DNA of 64,000 nucleotides from a virus: IMG/VR virus record IMGVR_UViG_3300028653_000010; one strand, 5' to 3'. Shown piece by piece: positions 18,100 to 27,884 of this stretch (position 1 is its first letter; each line of letters starts with the position of its first letter). The notes under the pieces were generated by a model. It saw only the letters and a program-made list of their open reading frames with translations, ran no database searches and was not told where the DNA came from. The position numbers and the translations under genes were made by a program.

Positions 18100-19110
18100 T
18101 CACCAGATGGGGAACACTAGCATGTTCCAAGGGTTAGTGAAGTCTGTACTTGAAATAGAGGCCCCAGCAGTCCAAAGTCCAGTAACCATCGAGTAGCTGA
18201 GCGGAGTCACGATATTACCGTAGAAGTCTGTTGCTAGTGCTGTATTACCAATCCCATCGTTGGCGACAGCAACCGATACAACAGTGTTGAACCCGGTTAT
18301 GACTTGACCCGGGGTGAAGATCTTGGTGACAGGATCAAAGTTGACTGTGCGAATAACTCCAGGCTCATCCTCACCGCCCCCTCCAATTGCGGATAACCCA
18401 TCCGGACGCCAACTGACACTTCTAAGAACAACCGGTACTGTAGAATGGTCCCAGGAAGACCCATTCCAAGCAAGACAATCTGAGTGGAAGTTGGAGTTAC
18501 AACTACCAATAATGGCAGCATCACCAGAAGGAGAGATCCCACTACAAAAGAACTTCTCAGCAGCTCCGGTAAGTGGGATGCCAGTGCCTACGGTCCAGAT
18601 CCCTGTACCTGGGTCTCTAAATAGCGGGTAGACGTGAGATTCCCATTTTGGAGTAGCTAACGCTCTCGAACCATCCCTAGTTATACTAACTGAATTGAAG
18701 TGTGCTGACGGAATGCTAACTACAGGCCTCGCTTCCCAAAGATTAGTCCCTGTATTGAAGTCGTAAGGGGTAACACCGCTTGAAAAGTCTCCCCCTGATA
18801 ATGCGTGGAGCCCGTCATCTGACATTGCTACAGCTGCACAGTTTCCACCACCCTGTGGTACTAACGTTCCTGGGACCCAAGTAACTCCATTGTAATCCAG
18901 CGGGACGACACCACCCCCGTAGTTGGCGTACAATACCCGAGATCCCTGAATGTTGGAGGCGAGCGAGGATAGGTTGTTGGAGCTTGGTCCCGCCGTGATA
19001 TTACCAACCACGGTCCAACCTCCAGTCCCCGAACCAACCAAGTGGGTTACTTGGTTGGAACCATAGTTCTCAACTAGTGCATGAAGTGAGTACAGGAACT
19101 TGCGTGGCAT
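18100..19110 (-). CDS. beta-propeller-like repeat protein (336 aa)
   Basis: The protein is Gly/Thr/Ser-rich and has repeated ...DG...W.. / GxxG blade-like segments. Confidence 0.5.
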   Translation of the reverse strand: MPRKFLYSLHALVENYGSNQVTHLVGSGTGGWTVVGNITAGPSSNNLSSLASNIQGSRVLYANYGGGVVPLDYNGVTWVPGTLVPQGGGNCAAVAMSDDGLHALSGGDFSSGVTPYDFNTGTNLWEARPVVSIPSAHFNSVSITRDGSRALATPKWESHVYPLFRDPGTGIWTVGTGIPLTGAAEKFFCSGISPSGDAAIIGSCNSNFHSDCLAWNGSSWDHSTVPVVLRSVSWRPDGLSAIGGGGEDEPGVIRTVNFDPVTKIFTPGQVITGFNTVVSVAVANDGIGNTALATDFYGNIVTPLSYSMVTGLWTAGASISSTDFTNPWNMLVFPIW

Positions 19111-19203
19111 AAAACCTAACTAGGCCAGCTATAAGCAAGTTATCCAGCCTCTCATAGCCTAGGAGTAATCCTTCTGTCCCGGGGTAGTTAGTGAAGCCCG
19201 AGC

Positions 19204-20004
19204 ATGGCCAACTTCTCTGACCCCAAACGCCTTGACGAAGCCGCACGACTTCGCAACCAAGGGTTTAGCCTGCGCCAGATCTCAAAGATGACTGGGCTTC
19301 ACCGGGAAACCGTCATCACCCACACAGGGAAGATTTCTCGCTCCGACTCGATGAAGATTTACCACTCCCGCCGTAAGGGCTTGGTAATCGATATGAGTGA
19401 GTTCAAGGTCCAGGCTATCGTCCACCCTGCTAGGTTCATCACCATCGGCGCCCCAGAACCCATCAAGCCCCGAGATCCACTCCAGGAACGCTTCCAAGCT
19501 AACCTGCACCTGGTCAACCTCGAAGCCCGAATCCTCATCCGCAAGCTGTGCCACAGCTACGACCTCAAGACCCTCGAACACTTCGGGACCATCGGCCTAT
19601 GGGACGCCTGCACCCGCTTCACCGGCGAGGAGGCATCATTCCCCGGTTACGCCCGCCTCCGTATTCGAGGTCAAGTATGGGATGAGATCCGAGTCGAGTC
19701 CAAGATCCCCCGCCGATTGATGAAGGCCGATGACAAACCTAGGTTTGAGGACATTGAGTACACTGTTATCCAGTCCAACTCACCCACTCAAGACAAAACC
19801 CTCCACTTCCGGAACATTCTCCAACAAGTCGACTCAATCCCCTTCAGCGACCGAGAACGACAAGTCATCGAGGCCCTAGCCTCCGGTGACAAGTTCGCGG
19901 ATCTCGCCACCTCCTGGGGCGTCTCAGAACCTCTAGTCAGTCAAACTAAAGCCCGAGCACTCCTGAAGATGACTAGACTCATCCGGGAAGCAGATCTCGA
20001 ATAG
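19204..20004 (+). CDS. sigma-70-family-like protein (regions 2 and 4) with an extra N-terminal HTH
   Basis: GLWDACTRFTGEEASFPGYARLRIRGQVWDEIR resembles sigma region 2.1-2.2. The C-terminal ...SDRERQVIEALASGDKFADLATSWGVSEPLVSQTKARALLKM resembles region 4 HTH. The N-terminal FSLRQISKMTGLHRETV is HTH-like. Confidence 0.5.
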   Translation: MANFSDPKRLDEAARLRNQGFSLRQISKMTGLHRETVITHTGKISRSDSMKIYHSRRKGLVIDMSEFKVQAIVHPARFITIGAPEPIKPRDPLQERFQANLHLVNLEARILIRKLCHSYDLKTLEHFGTIGLWDACTRFTGEEASFPGYARLRIRGQVWDEIRVESKIPRRLMKADDKPRFEDIEYTVIQSNSPTQDKTLHFRNILQQVDSIPFSDRERQVIEALASGDKFADLATSWGVSEPLVSQTKARALLKMTRLIREADLE

Positions 20005-20006
20005 AC

Positions 20007-20225
20007 TCACACTACCGCCCCACGCCCCTCAACCGTCGGCACTAGAGCCATCCGGTACTCGTCACCTAACCCCTCGACCTTCTTCACATAACCAAGCTTG
20101 AGAAGGGCTTGCGCCGGCTTGTACTCAACGACACAGTAATACCTGCGAGACCCCTCATCAGCTAGCTTGATAATCTCACTGAGGGTACGAACTTGCGCCG
20201 ATGTTAACTTGGTCTTGGTAGCCAT
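20007..20225 (-). CDS. hypothetical protein (72 aa)
   Basis: ORF track; promoter 20232-20261 abuts the ATG. Confidence 0.45.
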   Translation of the reverse strand: MATKTKLTSAQVRTLSEIIKLADEGSRRYYCVVEYKPAQALLKLGYVKKVEGLGDEYRMALVPTVEGRGAVV

Positions 20226-20231
20226 GCTCTC

Positions 20232-20261
20232 TATTACGCGCGAGGGTTAGGTCCTCTCAAT
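20232..20261 (-). promoter_or_regulatory. consensus leaderless promoter
   Basis: tattacgcgcgagggttaggtcctctcaat. Confidence 0.55.
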
Positions 20262-20465
20262 CAGTTTTTTCAGAGAAACTTCAGGGCGAGGCCATTACAG
20301 ATCAGGTGAAGCGTGTTGTCAGCAATGATCATCAACCAGACCGCTAACCACACTGGACGATCCTGATGATATCCAGTCCCACTACACTCGGCCCAAGAGT
20401 AGTTCCTACGAGACCCCTCCAACATCGTTAGTGACCCTAGACTTACCAACAAGGAACTTTTTCAT

Positions 20466-20831
20466 TCAAGGCTCCAAGTACTTCCACCCCCATCGACCCC
20501 ACATAGATGGGTACCCAAACATACCACTCCAACTCGGATAGGACGCGTACCGCATCCGGTCAGGTACCTCCAACCCAGTGGCCATCGTCATCACCTTGCA
20601 CACCACCGCCTTCCCCTCTTCTGGTAGCTCGAACCCTGGCCCGTCGGACCACAACCAGTCCACCAGAACCACGTACTCATGAACCTTACCACCAGTCGTC
20701 TCCCACGACACCGGTGCCTCCGTCCTGGCATCCAAGAGACGTCCGTCAGGAGCTAGGTGCGCATAGACAATAGGCAGATTCTTCGCTTCAATGGGCATGG
20801 GCTCTGGATACACCACCTGAATCGAGCACAC
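20466..20831 (-). CDS. hypothetical protein (121 aa)
   Basis: ORF track. Confidence 0.45.
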   Translation of the reverse strand: MCSIQVVYPEPMPIEAKNLPIVYAHLAPDGRLLDARTEAPVSWETTGGKVHEYVVLVDWLWSDGPGFELPEEGKAVVCKVMTMATGLEVPDRMRYASYPSWSGMFGYPSMWGRWGWKYLEP

Positions 20832-21294
20832 TACCTTGGAATTATGGGCCTGTCAGAAAAAATATCCGCCCCATAGAAAATTTAAGGTCGCACACCCTCC
20901 CTTTGGGTCCCCTTTTAGGGGGGTGGGGGTCTGTTTGGATACTTTCCCTGTCCTTCATCGCGCCGAAGGCGCCCTGAGAGAACCCCGGAAATATCCTTCT
21001 ACCTCACCTCCATCGTACGTAAACTGAATACGCGGTTAAGCCCCCTGTCCGGACGACCGAAAAGATAATGGATCGAATTTACACTATACACACAACCCAC
21101 ACACAACAGGCGCTCAGCGCAGGTTAGGTGTGGGTATACACACAATACACTGTGTTACTCACTACTCACTCACACTAACCACACAATACACTGAAGGAGT
21201 GCAGGGCTCATCACACAACTACAATAGAACACGGGCGTTATAGTAGGTGAGTAGTGTTGTAGTAGGTAAAGTATGTACTTAGGTGATGGTGTGG
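20832..21294. other. 463-bp noncoding region: CA-rich low-complexity tracts plus several small hairpins and imperfect long-range inverted repeats
   Basis: No ORF. Features include cacacaacccacacacaac, gtgtgggtatacacac, gcgcc-gaa-ggcgc, cccc-tttta-gggg, and tactcactactcactcac versus gtgagtagtgttgtagtagg. Confidence 0.6.
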
Positions 21295-21630
21295 TCACTT
21301 ATCTTCGAGTAAGGAGGCCGGGTCAAAGTACATGGGATCTTTGGTTAGGGTAGCCGGTGGGGGTACTAGGGTGCAGGACACCTCCTGTACCTTGATGGGC
21401 TGCCAGCAAGGCCTGATGTCTTCCATGGAAGCGGCCTGGCTCAATCGCATCCTGAATATTGAGCCGTCTTCCTTCTTGTACACCCACAGGCCTTGGTATG
21501 CGAAGGCGGGCCCGCAGGGCTTCCCATCAACTAATGACTGCATCCAGTTCAACTTGAGCAGCTTGGGAATACTACTGTTGTCCATGTAACCCCCGAGGGT
21601 AAGTGGTCCAGGGTAAACCAAGGGCGTCAC
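21295..21630 (-). CDS. hypothetical protein (111 aa; GTG start)
   Basis: ORF track; promoter copy 21718-21746 lies ~85 nt upstream. Confidence 0.4.
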   Translation of the reverse strand: MTPLVYPGPLTLGGYMDNSSIPKLLKLNWMQSLVDGKPCGPAFAYQGLWVYKKEDGSIFRMRLSQAASMEDIRPCWQPIKVQEVSCTLVPPPATLTKDPMYFDPASLLEDK

Positions 21631-21717
21631 AACCCACCATGGTCATGACGCCCCTGGGGCCTGTCAACCAACTAAGAGCTTAGCCCGCCATGGGTGGGGG
21701 TATCAGCTCACATCAGG

Positions 21718-21746
21718 TATTACGCATGGGGGGTGTCGTTCTCAAC
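21718..21746 (-). promoter_or_regulatory. consensus promoter copy
   Basis: tattacgcatggggggtgtcgttctcaac. Confidence 0.4.
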
Positions 21747-22086
21747 AAGAATCTTCGTCTAGGAGCTCTTCTTCGTAGCCCTTACCGTCGGAGGTGATCT
21801 TGGTGATACGCTTGCCGGCATCGTCTGTGAGGTAGAGCGTAGCGCCTTGGTCAAGAGCCGCTTCCACCCCTTCGCACTGACGGGCGAAGTCGGAGCCGTC
21901 TAGGACGATGCACTTGCCATTACGGTCCCGCTTCAGGAGCGTCCCTTTGGACCACTCGATGAAGAGCCGACGGTTCAGTTCGATGATTTGGGGCATGGTA
22001 TCTTCCTTCGGTACTCGAACCCTGGGTACGGGTGGAGCCCTACCGTATGGAGTGAGCCTGTAGCGGGTCCGTGGACCTTCATCCAC
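21742..22086 (-). CDS. hypothetical protein (114 aa)
   Basis: ORF track. Confidence 0.4.
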   Translation of the reverse strand: MDEGPRTRYRLTPYGRAPPVPRVRVPKEDTMPQIIELNRRLFIEWSKGTLLKRDRNGKCIVLDGSDFARQCEGVEAALDQGATLYLTDDAGKRITKITSDGKGYEEELLDEDSC

Positions 22087-22156
22087 ATCCTCTCGGGGTA
22101 TGGACGGTACTCGTCATCCCACCGGAGGATGTCTCGCTCTGAGAGCTTACGGTACT

Positions 22157-22444
22157 TCACCATGTCTTGGCTCTTACGACCCAGCTCTTGGAGTCGAGCC
22201 AAGCTCGGAGTGTCTCCCAGGAGCCTTGGGCGTCTGGGCATGCATCGAACATCATCCGGTAGACGTCGTCGAAGGTGAGGTCCCGGGGCGTACCACGTCC
22301 TCGGCCGTCGACATCATGGACCTTGAGCGGGGGCTGGGGATCGGACAGGTCTAGGATGCCTTCAGGGGTCCGCTTCTCCAGGATGACCCTCTGACTACCG
22401 GTGAAGGGCTGGGCGTTGTTCTCGGTGGTCGGGTTCAAGGTCAT
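22157..22444 (-). CDS. hypothetical protein (95 aa)
   Basis: ORF track. Confidence 0.35.
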   Translation of the reverse strand: MTLNPTTENNAQPFTGSQRVILEKRTPEGILDLSDPQPPLKVHDVDGRGRGTPRDLTFDDVYRMMFDACPDAQGSWETLRAWLDSKSWVVRAKTW

Positions 22445-22704
22445 GGGTTTGATGTGAGAGTGGGTTGGACCTTCTCAACTCCGAACATGGGTGTACCGTC
22501 CGTGTCCCTGGTCATTCGAAGCACAAGGCCATTGGGCATGACCTTGTCTACGTGAGGAAGGAGGGCTGCCTCTAACTCCTCGGGCGTAGGTAGTGGATCT
22601 GTATCCTTCAACCCCATAACCCCTCTGACTGCGCGGGCTAAACTCTCGGGTGATGGTGGGCGTCTACGGGTACTTCTCATCGTGTATGCTCGTTGATGTC
22701 TCAT
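22441..22704 (-). CDS. hypothetical protein (87 aa)
   Basis: ORF track; promoter 22712-22741 abuts the ATG. Confidence 0.45.
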   Translation of the reverse strand: MRHQRAYTMRSTRRRPPSPESLARAVRGVMGLKDTDPLPTPEELEAALLPHVDKVMPNGLVLRMTRDTDGTPMFGVEKVQPTLTSNP

Positions 22705-22711
22705 GATCCCT

Positions 22712-22741
22712 ATTACGCACGACAGGGACCGGATCTCAACG
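22712..22741 (-). promoter_or_regulatory. consensus leaderless promoter
   Basis: tattacgcacgacagggaccggatctcaac. Confidence 0.5.
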
Positions 22742-22752
22742 ACTAATATGGG

Positions 22753-23097
22753 TTAGACGTCCTTATTGACTTCCCCATCATGGTGGTACTTGCAAATACC
22801 GAACCCATGTGCAGCATCGTGCTCTAGTTTCGCCACTCGAGGCTCTAAGTTCAAGAAGGAGTTCACCAGGTCCTTGACGAGTTGTCGCATATCACCCAAG
22901 GCGGATAGATCGGCTCGTATACCCCTCAGCTCGTCAACTACAGTTCGAAGCAGCTCCTCGGGGATAGCTTGTTGGACCTGTCCTTCTGGTATGGGAGCAG
23001 GGCAAGGGTTAGTTGGGTGCTCAGAAGCTAGTTCTTCGTGGTTTTCCATACCCCCAAGATTGAGTAGAAACGGATTATTAAAGGGAACGACCTCCAT
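22753..23097 (-). CDS. hypothetical protein (114 aa)
   Basis: ORF track. Confidence 0.4.
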   Translation of the reverse strand: MEVVPFNNPFLLNLGGMENHEELASEHPTNPCPAPIPEGQVQQAIPEELLRTVVDELRGIRADLSALGDMRQLVKDLVNSFLNLEPRVAKLEHDAAHGFGICKYHHDGEVNKDV

Positions 23098-23323
23098 CGG
23101 TGGTTAGCCCGAGGAGGTCGTTCGAAGGCGTCATTGTGAGGTAACGCAAGAGGTAGAGTATCCCAATCCAGGGCGAATAGCAACAAGCTTAAAGGGAACG
23201 GCCCCCTCCAGCGCCAACTGAAGAGGGCCACTCAACCTGTCCACGAAAGGAAACAATCAGGAACTAGTACGAGTTAGATAGTACACCAATCGGGGCCGAG
23301 TATCAACGAATACTTTATGGATC

Positions 23324-23383
23324 ACATGTAGTTTTCGTTACCATTGGTGCTTATCGCGATGAACGTGCGCCAAAACTACATGT
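23324..23383. repeat. inverted repeat (12-bp arms acatgtagtttt / aaaactacatgt, 36-nt loop) in an intergenic region
   Basis: Read directly from the sequence. Confidence 0.7.
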
Positions 23384-23458
23384 ATGCAGAGTACAGATCC
23401 ATTCTTATAGCTATGAAAGCATGGTTTGCGCACATGGTTATACAGTAGAAGGATCCTA

Positions 23459-24250
23459 TCAACGAACTACAAGCTGAGCGTCCTGAATGAACTCATCGAG
23501 AGTTCGAGTCACCTCTGCTGGTGACAGCTCTTGAGCCTTGGTGGGTTGATCTAGCCCGTCGAAGTCTGACCTCCACATGGTCACGAGCTTGAATCCAGCC
23601 TCTGTGATGAGGCGCTCCTTAGCGAGTGTCCGTTGGTACAACTCACCGTAGGTCGTGTGCGAGAGTGAACTGTGAAGCTCTGGAGAGTACAGTCGGGGGT
23701 TACCGTGAACCTCGTCTCCGTAGAACTCGTAGACTGTGTTGGTGTCCGGATCGAACCCATCCACAGTGAAGCGGCGACCTGGTATAAGCCCCCTGACTTC
23801 TCTGTGCCTAGTATCATCAGGCAGTCCAATGGAGTCGAGCCACCTGTTTGCAATCTTAGAGGGGTGATAGAAGGGAGGGTTGCACAGGGGACACCCACTA
23901 CCCTTTAGGTGACTGTACTTGCTCTGTTCAAAGTCCCCATGCTTGCTGCAGGTGATTAGTACTGATGGGAACTGGGCGTCTCCTACTCTCGAGTAACTGT
24001 ATAGATCCTTGTGTACCTTACGAGCTTGTTGAACGAACCTGTCCAACACCTCTTGGTGCTTCTTCTTGGCATCACAGGGTGGGCACCCTCGCCCCTTCAG
24101 ATGATCACGAGTGCTCCTATCAAATGCACCATGCTCTGGACATACGAGAGCCACCGTCGCCCCCAACACTGCCGGGAGCTGTGAGTAGTCGTACTGCCCC
24201 CCATGAACCCTACTGGCCCTTGAGATGAACATCTTGCGACTCACCTTCAT
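23459..24250 (-). CDS. putative free-standing endonuclease: duplicated Zn-binding module plus a C-terminal Vsr/DUF559-like (PD-(D/E)xK) domain
   Basis: The module HGxxYDYS...CPEHGxF...HLKGxGCPxC occurs twice. The C-terminal ...FTVDGFDPDTNTVYEFYGDEVHGNP...ERLITEAGFKLVTMW resembles the Vsr-like core. Confidence 0.45.
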   Translation of the reverse strand: MKVSRKMFISRASRVHGGQYDYSQLPAVLGATVALVCPEHGAFDRSTRDHLKGRGCPPCDAKKKHQEVLDRFVQQARKVHKDLYSYSRVGDAQFPSVLITCSKHGDFEQSKYSHLKGSGCPLCNPPFYHPSKIANRWLDSIGLPDDTRHREVRGLIPGRRFTVDGFDPDTNTVYEFYGDEVHGNPRLYSPELHSSLSHTTYGELYQRTLAKERLITEAGFKLVTMWRSDFDGLDQPTKAQELSPAEVTRTLDEFIQDAQLVVR

Positions 24251-24558
24251 ACTCTTGCCCTACACCGAGAGGTACTTAGATACTCTTGAGACATTTGTAA
24301 CTACTACTCACCCCCAGATTAGGCCGCAAGAACAAACCTCGACATGTGGGATGTTAGCACCTTGCTCCACGCCCTAAACTTTGCGCGCCCAAATTCATCA
24401 ATTGTTCTTTTTGGTGTTTCGTTCTTGCCACTATAAGACAAGCCCTGTACCATCACGTACGTTCAGTTATATCGGCAAACAAGCCTATTGATACTGAGCC
24501 TAACCTGTGGTAACCCTTACCGATTGTTTGTAACCGGTATTCAAGAGAACCTTCCACC

Positions 24559-25062
24559 TTGTCAACTCGTAGGAACGCAGTACTAGACCTGAGCAATACC
24601 ATCGAGAGTGTTGAGATCCTGAACACGATTTATGAAGCCTCCAAGGGCAAAGGTGAGGGCCGGATCAAGTGTACCGTTACAAAGCATAGGATAGCTAAGA
24701 CAGCGATACTATTGGGGATAGCACTACTATCAAAGAAGCCTACGAGTATCATCCTGAAGATGGTCAACCAGTGGGCACCCCTACGGACACCGTTACCACG
24801 GGGGGTCAAGAGCCACAAGAAACAGATCAAGGCTGAGCTGGTACTCGAGTGTTCATCGACACAGGGGTTACTCGATGGTGTGGATCTGATCTGGAGGCGG
24901 GTCCAAGGGGCGGTATCTCACCGGCGTGTGACGAAGGCAGCCTTGACAATCGGGCTGGATTCGTTGAATAAGGTTGACCCAGGAAAGGTGCGACAGTTAG
25001 TGTCCAAGGTGTGCCCGGTGCCCAAGAAGTACTTTGACTCTGAGCTTCAAGTATGGCTTTAG
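24559..25062 (+). CDS. hypothetical protein (167 aa)
   Basis: ORF track; first gene of a plus-strand block after a ~300-bp divergent intergenic region. Confidence 0.4.
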   Translation: MSTRRNAVLDLSNTIESVEILNTIYEASKGKGEGRIKCTVTKHRIAKTAILLGIALLSKKPTSIILKMVNQWAPLRTPLPRGVKSHKKQIKAELVLECSSTQGLLDGVDLIWRRVQGAVSHRRVTKAALTIGLDSLNKVDPGKVRQLVSKVCPVPKKYFDSELQVWL

Positions 25063-25285
25063 TTCTCAGACACAACCTCATCCTGTACTTTTCGGTGGGC
25101 CTAATGGTCCTCTTTGGGTTCGGGATACTATTCTGGGCTGGATCGAAGCGCACTCAAGTGTCGTGGGACACTCCCCAGTACCATCGGGATTCTCGTGTTC
25201 ACAACATGTGCATGTGCTACTGGATGGGTTCAGCTTTCCGAGTGCCTTGTGAGAACGTACCCCCTGAGCTGTTGAAGGAAGAACG

Positions 25286-25825
25286 ATGAAGTACCTGAAA
25301 AGATTGAAGAACGAGCTACTGGACCTGAGTACCAAGCTGTCTGTAAAGGGCCATCTACCTGAGTATGTGGAATCAGAGAAGATGAACCGGCGGGTGGTCG
25401 TTCGCAGGGTCATTGAGTTGGTCAAGAGAGCTCGCGCGCTTGACTTTGCGACAGATACTTGGAACTCAAAGACCGCGGCGGCCTGGGCGAAGTTCAATAC
25501 TGAGATGGGGCATTGGCTGGCCTCTATGCCCCAAGCCCCCAAAGCAGACGAAGTGAGCGCGCCAACGAACAACAAAGAAGTCACAGAAAACCCGAAGTGC
25601 AAGATCGTGATAGCTGACGAGGGTTATGGGGTAACCTTCTGGGGGATCACTGAACAAGAGTTACTCTCTGTGCGCAATGCCATGGCAATCCATGCAGCCA
25701 CTACCCAAGAGGGAGAGGATATTCTTCAGAGCATGATCGATGCCCTGAAGTGTGCAGGTATCAACTTGGGCGACTGCAGCTACCCTCTCCGACCTTGGGA
25801 GCGGAAAAAGCCTGATGCAGCCTAA
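25286..25825 (+). CDS. hypothetical protein (179 aa)
   Basis: ORF track. Confidence 0.45.
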   Translation: MKYLKRLKNELLDLSTKLSVKGHLPEYVESEKMNRRVVVRRVIELVKRARALDFATDTWNSKTAAAWAKFNTEMGHWLASMPQAPKADEVSAPTNNKEVTENPKCKIVIADEGYGVTFWGITEQELLSVRNAMAIHAATTQEGEDILQSMIDALKCAGINLGDCSYPLRPWERKKPDAA

Positions 25826-25845
25826 CTTCCGGTGTACTAGCCCTC

Positions 25846-26067
25846 ATGCATCTCAATACCTACAAGCGCTTCAAGGCCTCGAATCGTGAAAACCGAAGAA
25901 CCCGTCGGATGGACCTCAAGCTCAGGGCTGCTGAGCGCCGGAGAGAGTTTGCGCATCATGTGCGCCTCTTCACTCAAGAGGGCCACCTCGATATGCCTCG
26001 GTTCAGCACCAAGTACTACGAGGCCATGAAGGTACTTCGATTGGCACGATTCAGCATTCTCCCCTAG
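25846..26067 (+). CDS. hypothetical protein (73 aa); same frame as 26077..26382, separated from it by TAG plus 3 codons
   Basis: ORF track. Confidence 0.3.
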   Translation: MHLNTYKRFKASNRENRRTRRMDLKLRAAERRREFAHHVRLFTQEGHLDMPRFSTKYYEAMKVLRLARFSILP

Positions 26068-26076
26068 AGTGGATCT

Positions 26077-26382
26077 ATGGCAACCCATGTGAGTGATGAG
26101 ACGTTGGGTGACTTCCTTCAAGAGCTTGGTGAGAAGAAGGAAGTCGACGCACTCACCCAAGAGAAACTGATGGCAACTGATCCAGCCCTTGATGCAGCTA
26201 CCTCGCGCGTCACAGCGTTCAACACGTTTGAACAGCTGGTTAATGCCTGTCGAGAGTATGGGTATGTGCCAACACTGATCCCCCGTGGGCCTCGTCAGCA
26301 TGCCCACGACATCGCTACTGTCACTGGTGCGTTGAGAGCCTTGGGCTACCGAGTGTACTCGGGAGAGAACAACACGACATGA
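26077..26382 (+). CDS. hypothetical protein (101 aa)
   Basis: ORF track. Confidence 0.4.
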   Translation: MATHVSDETLGDFLQELGEKKEVDALTQEKLMATDPALDAATSRVTAFNTFEQLVNACREYGYVPTLIPRGPRQHAHDIATVTGALRALGYRVYSGENNTT

Positions 26383-26681
26383 ACTGGAAGCTCACAGACA
26401 CTGAACGATGGGCTGAGTCCCACCCCAATACGTTCGAGATCCCACCGGTTGAAGAACGTACAGCTCTCCATGTGGGGGATGTGGCAAAGGTCATCTTCGA
26501 GTCCAAGGCCTCAGAGGTAATGTCCGAGCGTATGTGGATCGTGGTCACCGAGGTTCATGAGCCCGGGAAGTACACTGGGGAGGTCGACAGCCATGCCATG
26601 TGCAACCCAGAGCTACCTCGCCTAGGTGACCTCATCCAGTTCGAAGCCAAGCACATCATGCAGATGATAAGGATGACATGA
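26379..26681 (+). CDS. hypothetical protein (100 aa)
   Basis: ORF track; ATGA overlap with its neighbours. Confidence 0.4.
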   Translation: MNWKLTDTERWAESHPNTFEIPPVEERTALHVGDVAKVIFESKASEVMSERMWIVVTEVHEPGKYTGEVDSHAMCNPELPRLGDLIQFEAKHIMQMIRMT

Positions 26682-26911
26682 CCTTCTTACTCCTACTCGT
26701 TATCGCGGCCCTACTGCTCATCATCGGACTCCTCGTCCATGGGGTGAACTCACTTGGGAAGGAGTGCTCCGGCCTCCTCAGCTGGCTCACAACGAATATG
26801 GGGCCGGGCGTAGCCCTCAAGCCTGAGAAGTTCTTCCCAGGCCACTACGTGTGGTACGGGCTCTCGGTAGCGGTGGTCATCCTCGCCTTCATCCTCAAGG
26901 GCCACCGGTGA
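26678..26911 (+). CDS. small membrane protein (77 aa, two TM segments)
   Basis: Hydrophobic N-terminal MTFLLLLVIAALLLIIGLLV and C-terminal WYGLSVAVVILAFIL. Confidence 0.45.
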   Translation: MTFLLLLVIAALLLIIGLLVHGVNSLGKECSGLLSWLTTNMGPGVALKPEKFFPGHYVWYGLSVAVVILAFILKGHR

Positions 26912-27056
26912 TACTGATCATCCTCCGTGTCATTGCTTGCACACTAACCTCCATTGCTATGGGCTACCTCCTGGGGTTCAGTAGAGAGGTAATCCTTTCG
27001 ACTATTCTGCTGAGCATACTCCTAGCATCCGTTATTACTGAGGTACTGAAGGCCAA

Positions 27057-27368
27057 GTGCCCATGACTGTTGAACAGTTCGAGCTGACCGGAGGAGCTAA
27101 CTCCTACCAAGCCAGGGTCTATCACAGCTTCCCCGACGACCCGACCTGGGGCGTCTACATCACTCTGGTCAATGTCACCGGCGACCAGGTTGAAGTGGGA
27201 GCTCCCCTCGCGTGCGCTTTCCCTATGAGCGTCATCGAGCTGCAGGCAGTGGTCCAGCTCATCTCGGGCAAGATACCGAAGATGCTGGGCGACCCCTCTG
27301 ATACTGTGGACAACGTCAATGGGGATTGCCCCAGGTGCTGGAAGACGTACCAGCTCAACTGGGTATGA
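27057..27368 (+). CDS. hypothetical protein (103 aa)
   Basis: ORF track. Confidence 0.4.
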   Translation: MPMTVEQFELTGGANSYQARVYHSFPDDPTWGVYITLVNVTGDQVEVGAPLACAFPMSVIELQAVVQLISGKIPKMLGDPSDTVDNVNGDCPRCWKTYQLNWV

Positions 27369-27498
27369 TCACTCGAGCTCTTGTCATAGGACTCTTGTCC
27401 ATCTCCCTGTGTAGCATCCTCGGGTTCAGCAGGGAGCAAGCTGTCTTCCCGGTGCTGATGGCCATGGCCTTCACCTTCGTGATCCGCTACATACCGTA
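27364..27498 (+). CDS. small TM peptide (44 aa); paralogous to the C-terminal part of ORF 26851..27066 (shared GFSRE motif)
   Basis: Manual translation: MITRALVIGLLSISLCSILGFSREQAVFPVLMAMAFTFVIRYIP. Confidence 0.3.
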
Positions 27499-27587
27499 GC
27501 GCGCTACCCCTAAATAGGAGTCGGGCCAGCCCCCGACGATGAAAAGGGAGACTGGCCCGGTCAGGGACAAACGCAGAAAAACCCGAA

Positions 27588-27884
27588 CTACCCTGACTCA
27601 CACAAGGTACACGGTAGTGCGCTACCGGTCAAGTCCCATCTCAAACCCTGCAAAGCCTGCGGAGAGGGCACCGGTATGGTGTCCGGTGTCTTGTCAATCT
27701 CGATGAGGGCATCTTCTTGACCTACGCCAAGAACCGGACCCCAATTCGAGAGTGACTTGAGAAGGACGAAGGCATCCTCCTTGGAGTACTCGCGCGCCTG
27801 CTCACGAGGCCCCCAGTACCAATGAAGGCCCTCATGGCAGAGGTAGACGCCGTTGACTTCCCGGTGCTTGATTACGAAGCTCAT
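27588..27884 (-). CDS. hypothetical protein (98 aa)
   Basis: ORF track. Confidence 0.4.
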   Translation of the reverse strand: MSFVIKHREVNGVYLCHEGLHWYWGPREQAREYSKEDAFVLLKSLSNWGPVLGVGQEDALIEIDKTPDTIPVPSPQALQGLRWDLTGSALPCTLCESG

